Source of the DNA: an uncultured Bacteroidales bacterium
Lineage (GTDB): Bacteria > Bacteroidota > Bacteroidia > Bacteroidales > ML635J-15
NCBI GenBank assembly: GCA_905234755.1
Contig: CAJOIT010000003.1
Location: 705,764-769,763 of the forward strand
Direction of reading: 5' to 3'
DNA length: 64,000 nucleotides
Within the stretch, counting starts at the first letter, position 1; every line of letters begins with the position of its first letter. The position numbers and the translations under genes are program-made. This document shows positions 1-10,288 of this stretch, piece by piece. The notes under the pieces were generated by a model. That model ran no database searches and had not been told where the DNA came from. It saw nothing but the letters and a program-made list of their open reading frames with translations.

Positions 1-369
1 GAAGACAAAGGAATCTCATTTGAGTTGTATCCTTACATTCAAGGTGGCGAGGATAATCCATCGGTACAATTTATTGCCGACACAACGGAAATGCAAAGCA
101 AAATCAAAATGCTGAATGAAATTATTGGAAACGAAGAGGCTGTTTCCGATGAATTTGCTAAGTTTGCAAGCAAAAATGCCAAAAGTTTCATCGATATGCT
201 TGAACCTTTCAGGAACAAATATGTATCAAAACTAAGGAATATGAAATTATTTCCAAAATTATACGATGCCTCAAACAAGAAACTGCTGTTGAATCTCATA
301 AGATGCGAATCACACAGAGAAATGCTGACGGCAATTTTGGAAAAGGATTATATCAATAATTACAAATAG
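1..369 (+). CDS. 3' part of an unidentified protein gene (5' end upstream of window); first visible gene of a polysaccharide-biosynthesis operon
   Basis: Frame 1 is open from base 1 to TAG at 367-369. An 8-nt gap separates it from the next gene of a tightly packed same-strand operon. No family motif recognised. Confidence 0.5.
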   Translation, partial: EDKGISFELYPYIQGGEDNPSVQFIADTTEMQSKIKMLNEIIGNEEAVSDEFAKFASKNAKSFIDMLEPFRNKYVSKLRNMKLFPKLYDASNKKLLLNLIRCESHREMLTAILEKDYINNYK

Positions 370-376
370 AGTTAAC

Positions 377-1312
377 ATGAAAATAGGTTTTATTATTCCG
401 ACTTATCCTGATGAAAAAAGAATCGCTCTGCTTCCGGATGACATCGATGGATTCGAGAACGAAATCATTATGGAAAAGGGATTCGGAAAAAATATGAACA
501 TAGACGACAGCGAATACATTGCCAAAGGATGCAAGATGTCAACTAGAGAAAATATCTTCGCTACCTGCGACAACATATTTTGTCTCAAACTGTTGCAAGA
601 AGAAGATTATCATTTGTTGCGAGAAAATCATGTGATAATCGGATGGACGCACCCTACTGGTTCTGGAAAAAAATTCTATGACGAGGTGGCTTCTCCTAAA
701 AATCTAATCATCGTTGACCTCGACAATATTTATCCGACAATCAGACAGCGTGACAAAGTCGTCAAAATACCTTTCCTAAAGCCGAACTTCATTTGGCGCA
801 ACAGCTTTTACGCAGGAATTGCAAGCATACAGCATGCACTGCTCAACTATGGAATGTACCCGGACTCAACAACCAAGGTTGCCGTACTGTCAAGTGGAAA
901 TGTTGCTCAGGGCACATTCGCCGAAATATCAAACTACAATCCCGACCTAAGGATGTTCTATCGCAAAACAATGCACGAATTCTACGACTCCATTGACGAG
1001 TACGACATAATAATCAACGGAATAGAAGTAGATAATTCAACCGACCATATAATTCGTCGCGAACATCTAGCCAAAATAAAAAAAGGCTGCCTGCTAATTG
1101 ACGCAGCAGCCGATGCAGGAAATGCAATCGAAGGCACTCACTATACAACAATTAGCAATCCTATATACGAAGAAAACGGACTGTATTTCTATGAGGTCAA
1201 TAATGCGCCATCGCTACTCTACAGGAAGACCAGCAAGGAAATAAGCAGGTCGTTTTCCGAAAATGTATTCAAGCACGATATTTCAAGATTTTTAAATCTC
1301 TTACAGCAATGA
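377..1312 (+). CDS. AlaDH/PNT-fold dehydrogenase, N5-(carboxyethyl)ornithine synthase (CEOS)-like
   Basis: 311 aa. The N-terminus MKIGFIIPTYPDEKRIALLPDDI resembles the start of alanine dehydrogenase/CEOS proteins. There is a degenerate dinucleotide loop VAVLSSGNVAQG and an LLIDAAADAGNAIEGT strand. ATGA overlap with the next gene. Confidence 0.6.
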   Translation: MKIGFIIPTYPDEKRIALLPDDIDGFENEIIMEKGFGKNMNIDDSEYIAKGCKMSTRENIFATCDNIFCLKLLQEEDYHLLRENHVIIGWTHPTGSGKKFYDEVASPKNLIIVDLDNIYPTIRQRDKVVKIPFLKPNFIWRNSFYAGIASIQHALLNYGMYPDSTTKVAVLSSGNVAQGTFAEISNYNPDLRMFYRKTMHEFYDSIDEYDIIINGIEVDNSTDHIIRREHLAKIKKGCLLIDAAADAGNAIEGTHYTTISNPIYEENGLYFYEVNNAPSLLYRKTSKEISRSFSENVFKHDISRFLNLLQQ

Positions 1313-2307
1313 AATTAGGAATTTTTACATCGTTCAACGGAAACCACAACAAATTCGTAGATTCCTGCAAGGAAATTGGCGTTGAATACGAAATTATCGA
1401 CATACTTTCGTCAGAATGGCTAGAGCTTGTTAGGAAATCCAACTGCGACGGTTTTCTTTGCTCCTCGACCTGCGACACCCAGGAACGCAAAACCATACTC
1501 GACGAACGCTATTATTTTGTGTCAAATGTTCTTGGCAAGCCTATATATCCCGATTTTCTAGGATTATACATACACGAGAGCAAGCGCAATATGGCAGCAT
1601 GGCTTGATGCATACAATTATCCGCACACGCCTACCAAGGTTTTCACCGACAAGGATGAGGCTTTGCAATACCTATCTCAATGCAAATATCCGATAGTAGC
1701 AAAGGCAAACTTAGGTTCAGCTGCATCAAAAGTATTGATAATTAAATCGTACCATGCTGCAAAGAGATATGTAAAGAATGTTTTTCCACCAAAGAGGCTG
1801 CCAATTTTAAACCGAGGCAAAATATACTGGAGAAAAGTTCGCAATCTTCCTGTTCCAGACTTAGCGTCACCACAGAAGGACTATGTACTTTTCCAAGAAT
1901 ACAAAGACATTGCTCATGAGTGGAGAATAATAAAGATTGGAAACTCATATTTCGGACATAAGAAACTGCTTAAAGGTCAATTTGCAAGTGGTTCAGGTTT
2001 AGTTGGATGGGTTGACCCTCCCAAAGAATTACTAGAAATGGTCCGCAACATTTGTGAAGACGGTGGTTTCTATTGTATGGATGTTGATATTTTCGAAACG
2101 AAAAACGGTGAATACTTCATAAATGAACTGCAAGCATCCTTCGGTTCGTATCTAGACTACCAGATGTGCATTGACGGAAAACATGGTCGTTACAAGTATT
2201 CGGATGGCGAGTTTGTATTCGAGGAAGGCGACTTTAATGTACATGGTAGCGCGAAGCTGAAAGTAGAACATTTTATAGAAATACTAAAGGAGAAAAAGAA
2301 CCAATAA
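1309..2307 (+). CDS. ATP-grasp domain protein (carboxylate-amine ligase type)
   Basis: 332 aa. KYPIVAKANLGSAASKVLIIKS, EWRIIKIG and MDVDIFETKNGEYFINELQ match the ATP-grasp nucleotide/Mg-binding regions. Overlapping start and stop codons on both sides. Confidence 0.7.
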   Translation: MKLGIFTSFNGNHNKFVDSCKEIGVEYEIIDILSSEWLELVRKSNCDGFLCSSTCDTQERKTILDERYYFVSNVLGKPIYPDFLGLYIHESKRNMAAWLDAYNYPHTPTKVFTDKDEALQYLSQCKYPIVAKANLGSAASKVLIIKSYHAAKRYVKNVFPPKRLPILNRGKIYWRKVRNLPVPDLASPQKDYVLFQEYKDIAHEWRIIKIGNSYFGHKKLLKGQFASGSGLVGWVDPPKELLEMVRNICEDGGFYCMDVDIFETKNGEYFINELQASFGSYLDYQMCIDGKHGRYKYSDGEFVFEEGDFNVHGSAKLKVEHFIEILKEKKNQ

Positions 2308-3470
2308 TGCTTCTGCAAAAGGACAAAATAGCACTTAGTGTAAAATATGTATCGGTAGCCTGCCTTATGCTTTATATGCTACAAGGTGTGCTATACCCTG
2401 GTTCCATGTTTGTCGCTAAAATTTTCCTCGCGGCTTATTTTGCAGTCGGCATATTTTGTCTTACCGAGATTTTGTTTTCAGGAACGAAACAGGCATTAAT
2501 TTACAGCGCATTGGCATTTGCAATGGCTAACATTGCATACTTTGGATTTTCAAATGGCACTGCTATTTCCACATTCTACGGCATCGACCCACAAAGCCCA
2601 ATCAAACAAACTATATTAGTATTCCTTACTCTGTTTATATTTTTCTATCTTTCAAAAAACAAACTGATTGACAGAAAATTACTAATTGCCATATATGCTT
2701 TTTGGTTCGCTATAGGCATCATAAACTTTTACTCATTGTCGCCTTTTAGCCCTATATACGACAAGGAAGTAAACAATTCAGGCTACATTTTCGTAAACAT
2801 TTTGCCGTTCATGCTGTTTTTCAAACGGAAATACATTGCAATCATATTGTTTATAATCAGTAGCATCATCGTAATTTCCTCATTAAAGCGAGGTGCGATT
2901 CTAATACTTTTCGCATTTCTGGCATATTGTATTTTCTTCATGGCAAGGGATTCCAAATTGTCGGCAATGCAGAAGATTTCAATTTTCCTATTTGGTGCCA
3001 TCATCTGCCTGTCGTTTGCAATCCCGGCATATAACAGCAACGAGGCAATACAAAACCGAATGTCGGAAACATTAAGCGGCTACTCAAGCGGACGCGACAT
3101 AATATATCAGCAACTGCTGGACAACTGGGAAAACAATGAATCACTGACCAAGGTCATGTTCGGATTCGGATATTCATATACTCCTATTGTTACCTGTGGC
3201 AGATATGCCCACAACGACTGGCTGGAACTGCTAACAAACATGGGACTATTTGGCGTAGGTCTGTACCTGCTATTTATTTTACAGATTGTCGTAATGACCG
3301 TCAGTAGCACGCCCGACAGCATAGAACGAAGATGCATGGTGTCGATTCTTCTTATTATCATTGTGAAATCAGTATTTTCGATGGGCTACGGCGACCAAGG
3401 AACAATACCTTTGATGATATTGCTTGGATATATGGCTGGGAAAAATGAACTTCAACAAACAACTGTCTGA
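2307..3470 (+). CDS. O-antigen polymerase/ligase-family membrane protein (Wzy-like)
   Basis: 387 aa with about 10 hydrophobic helices. SLKRGAILILFAF and YAHNDWLELLTNMGLFG are typical of the Wzy_C/O-antigen ligase family. Confidence 0.7.
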   Translation: MLLQKDKIALSVKYVSVACLMLYMLQGVLYPGSMFVAKIFLAAYFAVGIFCLTEILFSGTKQALIYSALAFAMANIAYFGFSNGTAISTFYGIDPQSPIKQTILVFLTLFIFFYLSKNKLIDRKLLIAIYAFWFAIGIINFYSLSPFSPIYDKEVNNSGYIFVNILPFMLFFKRKYIAIILFIISSIIVISSLKRGAILILFAFLAYCIFFMARDSKLSAMQKISIFLFGAIICLSFAIPAYNSNEAIQNRMSETLSGYSSGRDIIYQQLLDNWENNESLTKVMFGFGYSYTPIVTCGRYAHNDWLELLTNMGLFGVGLYLLFILQIVVMTVSSTPDSIERRCMVSILLIIIVKSVFSMGYGDQGTIPLMILLGYMAGKNELQQTTV

Positions 3471-3472
3471 CT

Positions 3473-4522
3473 ATGAAAATCTTGTTCATATTACCATCAA
3501 TGGAATGCGGAGGCGCCGAGCGCGTAGCCGTAACTTTTGCAAAATGTCTGACAGAACACGAGGTAAAATTTGTGAACCTTGGCACACCCGAAGGAGAACT
3601 AACCAATTGGATAAAACCATATTTCCCAATAACATCACTGAATTGCAGACGAAGCATTCGGGCATACTTCCCGCTTAAAAGACTGATAAGAAAGGAAAAT
3701 CCGGATTTCATATTCACAACACATATATATGTTTCGGTATTATTAATGCTTACTGGCAAAAAAAATACGAGAAAACTTATTGCTCGTTTCCCGACAATGC
3801 CGTCCAACAAGCTGTATAAAGGGCTGAAAATTAGAATTATGGAAGCATTAGAACGCAAACTTTTCCGTAATGCCCATACTATAATCGCCCAAACCGATGA
3901 AATGAAGAAGGAAATTTGCAGTCTCCTGAATGTCAAGGAAGAAAATGTTGTGACAATACACAATCCCATTGATACGGAACTTATTGACAAACAAACTTGT
4001 AACATTGACAACCCATTCGACAAGAACAAGGTCAATTACCTGTCGGTAGGAAATATATCTCCAGCCAAAGGCTACGACACACTGATTTCAGCCTTCAGAA
4101 TGGTGTTGGAAAAAGACAATACTGCACAACTTTATATACTAGGTCGCAAAGAAACAGAATATGCGCAGCAGATTATTTCTACAGCAAAATACTGCCCAAA
4201 CATTCATTTCGAAGGTTTTTGCAAAAATCCATACCAATACATAAAATACTGCACGGCTTTAGTTCTTTCTTCACGAATGGAAGGTCTGCCCAATGTTGTC
4301 CTCGAAGCAATGTACCTCAATCGGCCTGTAGCAGCAACGACATGTGTGCCGATAATTAACGAACTGATAATAAATGATGTTAACGGATACAAGTCAGAAC
4401 CTGACAACGCAGAATCGCTGGCTTTTGCAATGCTACAGGCAATACGGTTGAGCAACATTCACAACAACTGCCAAGATGACAGCAACATCATAAAGATAAA
4501 AAACTTATTCAAGTCAAAATGA
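3473..4522 (+). CDS. Glycosyltransferase, GT-B fold (family 4-like)
   Basis: MKILFILPSMECGGAERV N-terminus and C-terminal SSRMEGLPNVVLEAMYLNRPVAAT (E-x7-E region). Confidence 0.8.
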   Translation: MKILFILPSMECGGAERVAVTFAKCLTEHEVKFVNLGTPEGELTNWIKPYFPITSLNCRRSIRAYFPLKRLIRKENPDFIFTTHIYVSVLLMLTGKKNTRKLIARFPTMPSNKLYKGLKIRIMEALERKLFRNAHTIIAQTDEMKKEICSLLNVKEENVVTIHNPIDTELIDKQTCNIDNPFDKNKVNYLSVGNISPAKGYDTLISAFRMVLEKDNTAQLYILGRKETEYAQQIISTAKYCPNIHFEGFCKNPYQYIKYCTALVLSSRMEGLPNVVLEAMYLNRPVAATTCVPIINELIINDVNGYKSEPDNAESLAFAMLQAIRLSNIHNNCQDDSNIIKIKNLFKSK

Positions 4523-5730
4523 AAGACATCTACATATTTACCAATTCATATCCATATACAAAATCCGTTGAGGTTTTCTTTGAGGACGAAATCAAGGTTG
4601 CCTCACAAACGGGATGCAAAATCTTCATAATCCCGACTAATAAAGACAAAGACATTCGTGAAATTCCTGAAAATATAACACTTCTCCCCTGCCTTACAGA
4701 AATTGGAATTCTAAATAAAATCATACTGTTCCTTATAATGCCATTCCATAAGAAATTCTGGACCATGCTAAAAGGTGCCGGCACTACAAAAAGGATTTTT
4801 CACGGCACCAAGTATTTGTACGGAGCATACATGACAAGATTCTACATCCGTAAAACGATAAAAACACCAGCAATACTATACAGTTACTGGTTCTCGTACA
4901 CTGCATTGGGCATGGCTTTGGCAAAAGAAGACAACGATGTCATACAAAAAAGCACCTTGATTAGCCGGGGACATGGATACGATGTTTTTTCTGATGCTAG
5001 AAACATATATATACCTCATAGGAATTTTACACTTTCAATGATTGATGCGCTATATCCCGTCTCAGATGCAGGAACAAACTATCTTTCAATGCTTTATCCA
5101 GAACATTCAGCAAAAATAACGACAAGGAGACTCGGAATAAAGCCAATAAGACCATGCTCGAGAGAATTGGAGCAAAGAACGATTTCGTTTGTGTCATGTT
5201 CTTCGGTAATAAAATTGAAACGCGTTGACTTGATAATGTCAATGATAAAGCAATTCAGTGAAAACCATAAGAACATGGAGGTTACATGGACACATTTTGG
5301 CGGTGGTGCTATGTTTTCACAAGTAAAACAAGCCTGTGAAAATATTCCAGCCAACATGAAGGTTAACCTAAACGGTTTTACTAATAGCAATGAAATACAT
5401 AAACTATACAGCGAAAAAGGTTATGACATATTTATAAACCTTAGTACAACCGAAGGTATTCCCGTATCGATTATGGAAGCAATAAGTGCAGGCATACCTG
5501 TAATTGCAACCGATGTCGGCGGAAACTGCGAAATAGTCGGCGCAGAAACAGGAAAGTTAGTTCCATTAAATGTTAAATACGAAGATTTTAATGCTGCTGT
5601 CGATTATATAATTGCTAATCATGGCACATTAAAAATTTCTGCAACAAAGTTTTTCAACAGCAGTTACAATGCAGACAAGAACTATACTGAGTTTTACCGC
5701 GAAATACAAGATATTAGCAACAAAAGATGA
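4519..5730 (+). CDS. Glycosyltransferase, GT-B fold (family 4-like)
   Basis: C-terminal TTEGIPVSIMEAISAGIPVIATDVGGNCEIV motif. ATGA overlap with the upstream gene. Confidence 0.8.
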   Translation: MKDIYIFTNSYPYTKSVEVFFEDEIKVASQTGCKIFIIPTNKDKDIREIPENITLLPCLTEIGILNKIILFLIMPFHKKFWTMLKGAGTTKRIFHGTKYLYGAYMTRFYIRKTIKTPAILYSYWFSYTALGMALAKEDNDVIQKSTLISRGHGYDVFSDARNIYIPHRNFTLSMIDALYPVSDAGTNYLSMLYPEHSAKITTRRLGIKPIRPCSRELEQRTISFVSCSSVIKLKRVDLIMSMIKQFSENHKNMEVTWTHFGGGAMFSQVKQACENIPANMKVNLNGFTNSNEIHKLYSEKGYDIFINLSTTEGIPVSIMEAISAGIPVIATDVGGNCEIVGAETGKLVPLNVKYEDFNAAVDYIIANHGTLKISATKFFNSSYNADKNYTEFYREIQDISNKR

Positions 5731-5740
5731 AAATTAACCG

Positions 5741-6730
5741 ATGGAAAAAGTAACTATAATAATACCTTGCAGGAACGAAGAGAAATACATTGGCAAATGT
5801 ATAGATTCAATCTTGCAGCAAGACTATCCGAAGGAAGACTTCGATGTTTTTATTGTAGATGGAGAAAGTACCGACAGGACAAAGGATATTGTACAGGAAT
5901 ATTGCACAAAAGAAAAAAACATACACATTCTTGACAATCCAGAGAAAACAGCTCCGTTCGCCATGAATATCGGAATTGAAAATTCTAAAGGCGAAATAAT
6001 CATAAGGATGGATGCACACGCATGGTACTCTCCAAAATATGTTTCAACATTGGTACACTATCTAAAAACCACTAACGCCGACAACATCGGATGCGTATGG
6101 ATTACAGATGTGTTGAACAAGACTGCCAAAACACTGAGCATAAAGGAAGTCCTTGCAAGTCCATTTGGCGTTGGAAACTCATCGTTTCGCACTGGAACCG
6201 ACAAAATTATGGAAGCCGACACCGTGCCGTTCGGGTGCTATCGTCGTGAAATCTTTGAAAAAGCAGGATATTATAACACAAAACTAACAAGGAACCAAGA
6301 CATTGAACTTAACAAACGAATAAAGGCCAACGGTGGGAAAATCTACCTTATCCCCGATGCACTTTGTACCTATTATGCCCGTGAAACCTTTGGCGCCATA
6401 GCGCAAAACAACTATCGCAACGGACTTTGGAACATACTTACCGTAAAGATTACCAAAAACTTCTCTTCCCTTTCACTAAGGCATTTCATACCGCTGATAT
6501 TTTTGCTTTCGCTGATTCTACCATCGGTATTTGCTGCATTGTGGTGGCCATTGTGCCTAATTTCAGCACTCTCTTTGACTTGCTATCTCCTTGCGCTGTG
6601 CATAATCAGCCTAAAACTTGCCTTCGCGAAGAAACTTAACTTTTTCTATCTTTGCTGGACATTCATAGTGCTACATTTTTCGTATGCCACTGGCTCGCTA
6701 GTCGGAATTTTTAAACATGTAAAGAAATGA
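5741..6730 (+). CDS. Glycosyltransferase family 2 with C-terminal membrane helices
   Basis: VTIIIPCRNEEKYIGKCIDSILQQDYP, VDGESTDRT and RMDAHA motifs. Hydrophobic C-terminal third. Confidence 0.85.
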   Translation: MEKVTIIIPCRNEEKYIGKCIDSILQQDYPKEDFDVFIVDGESTDRTKDIVQEYCTKEKNIHILDNPEKTAPFAMNIGIENSKGEIIIRMDAHAWYSPKYVSTLVHYLKTTNADNIGCVWITDVLNKTAKTLSIKEVLASPFGVGNSSFRTGTDKIMEADTVPFGCYRREIFEKAGYYNTKLTRNQDIELNKRIKANGGKIYLIPDALCTYYARETFGAIAQNNYRNGLWNILTVKITKNFSSLSLRHFIPLIFLLSLILPSVFAALWWPLCLISALSLTCYLLALCIISLKLAFAKKLNFFYLCWTFIVLHFSYATGSLVGIFKHVKK

Positions 6731-7878
6731 ACGATATTGAACTGAAATACAAAACTGAAATTGCAAAATACCTAAAATCCACTCCTGACGACATTTTCCT
6801 CTACTGGAAAGGTCGCGTGGCATTGTTCGCAATTTTGAAAGCAATGGACATACAAAAGGACAATGAAGTGATATTGCCAGCTTTTACCTGCGTGGTGGTT
6901 CCAAATGCGATAAAGTATCTCGGTGCAAAACCAATATATGTTGACATTGACGCAACAACATACAACTTTGATTTAAACCAACTTAGGTCAAAAATTACAG
7001 AACGGACAAAAGTCATAATATGCCAGAATACTTTCGGTTTGTCGTCCAATGTTGAGAAAGTTGTTGCCATTGCCAAGGAAAACAACATAAAAACCATTGA
7101 GGACTGCACTCACGGTTTCGGTGGCACATACCAAGGGAAACCAAACGGAAGCTACTGCGATGCAGCCTTTTATTCAACGCAATGGAACAAGCCGTATAGC
7201 ACTGGTGTTGGCGGTTTTGCACTTGTTACCGACCAAAATCTGAAAGCCAAATTGGAAAAAGTAAACGCCGACTTGGAACCAGCAACATTTAAGGATAAAA
7301 TCTCGTTGTCGACATTGTACTTCGTCCGCGAAAAGATATTGACAGACCGCAGATACTGGCGCATGGTGAAGCTGTACAGATGGCTCAGCAAGCACAAATT
7401 GGTTCAGGGCTCATCATCTGGCACCGAGATAGAATCAACAGAGATGCCGTCACACTATTTCAAGGGTATGTCAACCACACAGATGAAAAAAGGCATTACC
7501 AACCTTGCCAAATTGGGCGAAATGATACCGCTAAGAAAGGCTAACGCAGCCATTTACAGCGAATACCTAAAATCCAAAGGCAAGACATTCGTTCCGACAG
7601 AGCAATTCCAGGACCATTCGTTCCTGAAATATCCGTTTCTTGTCAAGGAGCGTGAAACCGTAATGAGAATTGCCGAGGAAAATAAAATTCCTCTTGGCGA
7701 ATGGTTTTGCAGTCCGATACATCCAGTCATGGAACACTTTGACCAATGGGATTTCTGCGAATGCGAATTCCCTGTCGCAACAAAATACTCAAGCGAAATG
7801 CTGAATTTGCCAACCGATGTTAAGGATACCGCCCCTGTCCTAGCCTTTCTTGACAAGATTGACGGTTTTTTGCTATAA
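6727..7878 (+). CDS. DegT/DnrJ/EryC1/StrS-family PLP-dependent sugar aminotransferase
   Basis: 383 aa. ILPAFTCVVVPNAIKYLGAKPIYVDID, and FYSTQWNKPYSTGVGG (candidate PLP-lysine segment). Last gene of the operon. Confidence 0.8.
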   Translation: MNDIELKYKTEIAKYLKSTPDDIFLYWKGRVALFAILKAMDIQKDNEVILPAFTCVVVPNAIKYLGAKPIYVDIDATTYNFDLNQLRSKITERTKVIICQNTFGLSSNVEKVVAIAKENNIKTIEDCTHGFGGTYQGKPNGSYCDAAFYSTQWNKPYSTGVGGFALVTDQNLKAKLEKVNADLEPATFKDKISLSTLYFVREKILTDRRYWRMVKLYRWLSKHKLVQGSSSGTEIESTEMPSHYFKGMSTTQMKKGITNLAKLGEMIPLRKANAAIYSEYLKSKGKTFVPTEQFQDHSFLKYPFLVKERETVMRIAEENKIPLGEWFCSPIHPVMEHFDQWDFCECEFPVATKYSSEMLNLPTDVKDTAPVLAFLDKIDGFLL

Positions 7879-7891
7879 ATATGATTGTGTT

Positions 7892-7923
7892 TGTAGGGGA
7901 AGGTTTCAAACCATTTCCCTACA
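7892..7923. terminator. Hairpin between convergent genes (putative bidirectional terminator, no U-tract)
   Basis: TGTAGGGGAAGGT..ACCATTTCCCTACA forms a stem of about 13 bp with one bulge. It lies between the stops at 7878 (+) and 7952 (-). Confidence 0.5.
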
Positions 7924-7951
7924 ATAACACAAAACATTTCAATAATTTGAT

Positions 7952-9385
7952 TTAATCTTCTTCCAAAAAATCCTTGTCAAAATTCACCAGATACAACTTT
8001 TCGGTTGCCCTTGTGATTGCCGTGTAAAGCCAGCGGAGAAATTCATATTTGCCGACATCGGTTATCTCTTCCTTGTTAATCCAGCCGTGGTCGATGAAAA
8101 CCGACTTCCATTGTCCGCCCTGTGACTTGTGACAGGTCATTGCGTAGGCGTATTTTATTTGCAAGGCATTGTAGTACGGGTCTTTAAGAATGGCTTCGTG
8201 ACGCTTTTTTGTATCCAGAATATCCTCGTAGTCAACTTCTAGCTGGTTCCAAAGTTCCTTGTAGTATTCCGATGGCATACCAGCCGAATCAATCGACAAT
8301 GTATCAAGCAAAACCTTCACCTCAATTTCGAGGTCTGGAAAATCGACAAAGCGCACATACAAATCGGCATAGCGATGTCCGTACAACTCATAGTGCCGTC
8401 TAACTTTCAGAACCTCAACCATATCACCATTGGCGATAAAGTCTATTTCGGCATTCTCTGGCAACCACGAGTAATTGTTCTTGACAACCATCAGCAAGTC
8501 GCCATACGAAAGTTCTTCCTCGCGCCACAAAATGCGGTTGCGAATACCCATATTGTAACGGTTGGCATATTTGTTTGTCTTGCAGATAATTCTGGTTTCA
8601 TCGTTGCCATAACGCGAATATGAATTTTCGATTTCATCTATCAGTTCTGCACCAGTAATGGATTGTATTTCAGGAAAACCTTTGTGCTTCAGTTTCGGAA
8701 ATGAGAAATCATTTTCCGTAATCATTTTGCGCAACTGCGTGGCATTGAACAATATGCCAGAATCAGCATCCTGTCTCACCACTTCTGACAATTCGCACGA
8801 ATAAACCTTAAGTCCGTATGCACTGAGATACGCCTCGTCCAAAGCTGGACTGAGAGCCGTTCCAACTGGCGGAAGCTGTGCAGAATCGCCAAGAAGAATC
8901 ACTCGGCAGTTGTTGTCGTTGAATGCGTATGCAAACAAATCATCAAGAAGTCGTCCGCTACCAAAGGCATTTTCGGGATTCGGAGCATTACCAATCATAG
9001 AAGCTTCGTCGACAATGAAAACCGTATTCTTGTAATTGTTGAAATTCAACGAAAACGGACTTCCTGGGTCGGATGTTGACTTTTTGCGGTAGATGCACTT
9101 GTGAATAGTAGATGCATGTCGTCCCGAATAGTTCGACAATACTTTTGCAGCCCTACCTGTCGGAGCAAGAAGCACTGTATTGATTTTTACCTCTTCGAGC
9201 AACTTTATGAATGCGCTTATCAAAGTGGTTTTTCCCGTTCCAGCATAACCTTTGAGAAGAAAAGTGCAAAGTTTTTCCCTGTCGCCCATGAACGAATAAA
9301 GCGAATCGGCCGCCGATAACTGCCCGACAGTCAGCTCACAATTCATGAAAAAGCGAAGTTTGTCCTTGAACTCTTCCCGCGTCAT
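7952..9385 (-). CDS. RecD/TraA-like superfamily I DNA helicase (AAA_30 + UvrD_C_2 type)
   Basis: 477 aa. Walker A GYAGTGKTTLISAF, Walker B VDEASM, LLGDSAQLPPV, and C-terminal AMTCHKSQGGQW. Confidence 0.85.
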   Translation of the reverse strand: MTREEFKDKLRFFMNCELTVGQLSAADSLYSFMGDREKLCTFLLKGYAGTGKTTLISAFIKLLEEVKINTVLLAPTGRAAKVLSNYSGRHASTIHKCIYRKKSTSDPGSPFSLNFNNYKNTVFIVDEASMIGNAPNPENAFGSGRLLDDLFAYAFNDNNCRVILLGDSAQLPPVGTALSPALDEAYLSAYGLKVYSCELSEVVRQDADSGILFNATQLRKMITENDFSFPKLKHKGFPEIQSITGAELIDEIENSYSRYGNDETRIICKTNKYANRYNMGIRNRILWREEELSYGDLLMVVKNNYSWLPENAEIDFIANGDMVEVLKVRRHYELYGHRYADLYVRFVDFPDLEIEVKVLLDTLSIDSAGMPSEYYKELWNQLEVDYEDILDTKKRHEAILKDPYYNALQIKYAYAMTCHKSQGGQWKSVFIDHGWINKEEITDVGKYEFLRWLYTAITRATEKLYLVNFDKDFLEED

Positions 9386-9425
9386 AAAGTTTTTTATTAT
9401 TTGTTTGCCGTATTAAAAAAAATTC

Positions 9426-9433
9426 TAACTTTG
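9426..9433 (+). promoter_or_regulatory. Bacteroidota -7 promoter box (TAnnTTTG)
   Basis: TAACTTTG lies 32 nt upstream of the ATG at 9465. A TTTG at 9404-9407 sits at a -33-like distance. Confidence 0.5.
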
Positions 9434-9464
9434 CGACTGCAAAATTAAACTTAAAATTTTAATA

Positions 9465-10286
9465 ATGGAAAAGGTAATTAGAATCGTTGTTTCAGTCGTG
9501 CTGCTAGGACTAGTTGCATTTTTGACCTATAAGATTGTATCCGGCATCGAAAAGCCTATAGATTATGAAGAACAGAGAATTGCAAGATTCCAAACCACTG
9601 TTGACCAGCTCATTGCTATCCGTACTGCACAGGTGGCATACAAGGAAAATGTTCTCTCTCCCGTATATACCAAGGACTCGGTAAAAAACGGCAAGAAGGT
9701 CATCGACAGAATTGAAGGAACAGACACAATATATGTTAAGAGCAAAGTTCCAACATACGACCATTTATATACACCGTCGTTTGACAATCTGATTAAATTC
9801 ATCAACGAAGGTCAGTTGAAGGTTGTTAAGGCAATCGGAACATTGACCGACGAACAGTTGAAAGCTGGCTTGAACGACAAGAAAGCCGTTGAAATTATCG
9901 AAAAGGCAAAGAAAACTGGAAATTGGAAGGAAGTTGAAGAAAAAGGACTTAAGGGTTTCAGCCGTGATACCATTTTAGTTCCCGTAAAAGACTCCCTCTT
10001 CAAGCACCTTGAATATCCTGTAGAAGAGATTCGCTACACAAGGGTTGGCAGAAAGGTTGAATTCAAGATGGATACTGCAACCGTAATGACCGGTTCGGGT
10101 GTTCCTGTAAAGGTTTTCCAGTGCTATGCACTCTACGATGACTTGCTGGATGGTCTTGACAGACAGCTCACTGTCAACTACAAGGACAAAATGAAAGATA
10201 CCTGCCTGAGAGTCGGTAAACTTGACGAAGCAAACAACAACGCAGGTAACTGGGATGCTACTATGGAAAAGAAAAAACAGGAGTAA
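9465..10286 (+). CDS. Hypothetical membrane-anchored protein
   Basis: 273 aa with a single N-terminal TM helix (IVVSVVLLGLVAFLTY). No domain recognised. Followed 2 nt later by the next gene. Confidence 0.6.
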   Translation: MEKVIRIVVSVVLLGLVAFLTYKIVSGIEKPIDYEEQRIARFQTTVDQLIAIRTAQVAYKENVLSPVYTKDSVKNGKKVIDRIEGTDTIYVKSKVPTYDHLYTPSFDNLIKFINEGQLKVVKAIGTLTDEQLKAGLNDKKAVEIIEKAKKTGNWKEVEEKGLKGFSRDTILVPVKDSLFKHLEYPVEEIRYTRVGRKVEFKMDTATVMTGSGVPVKVFQCYALYDDLLDGLDRQLTVNYKDKMKDTCLRVGKLDEANNNAGNWDATMEKKKQE

Positions 10287-10288
10287 TA

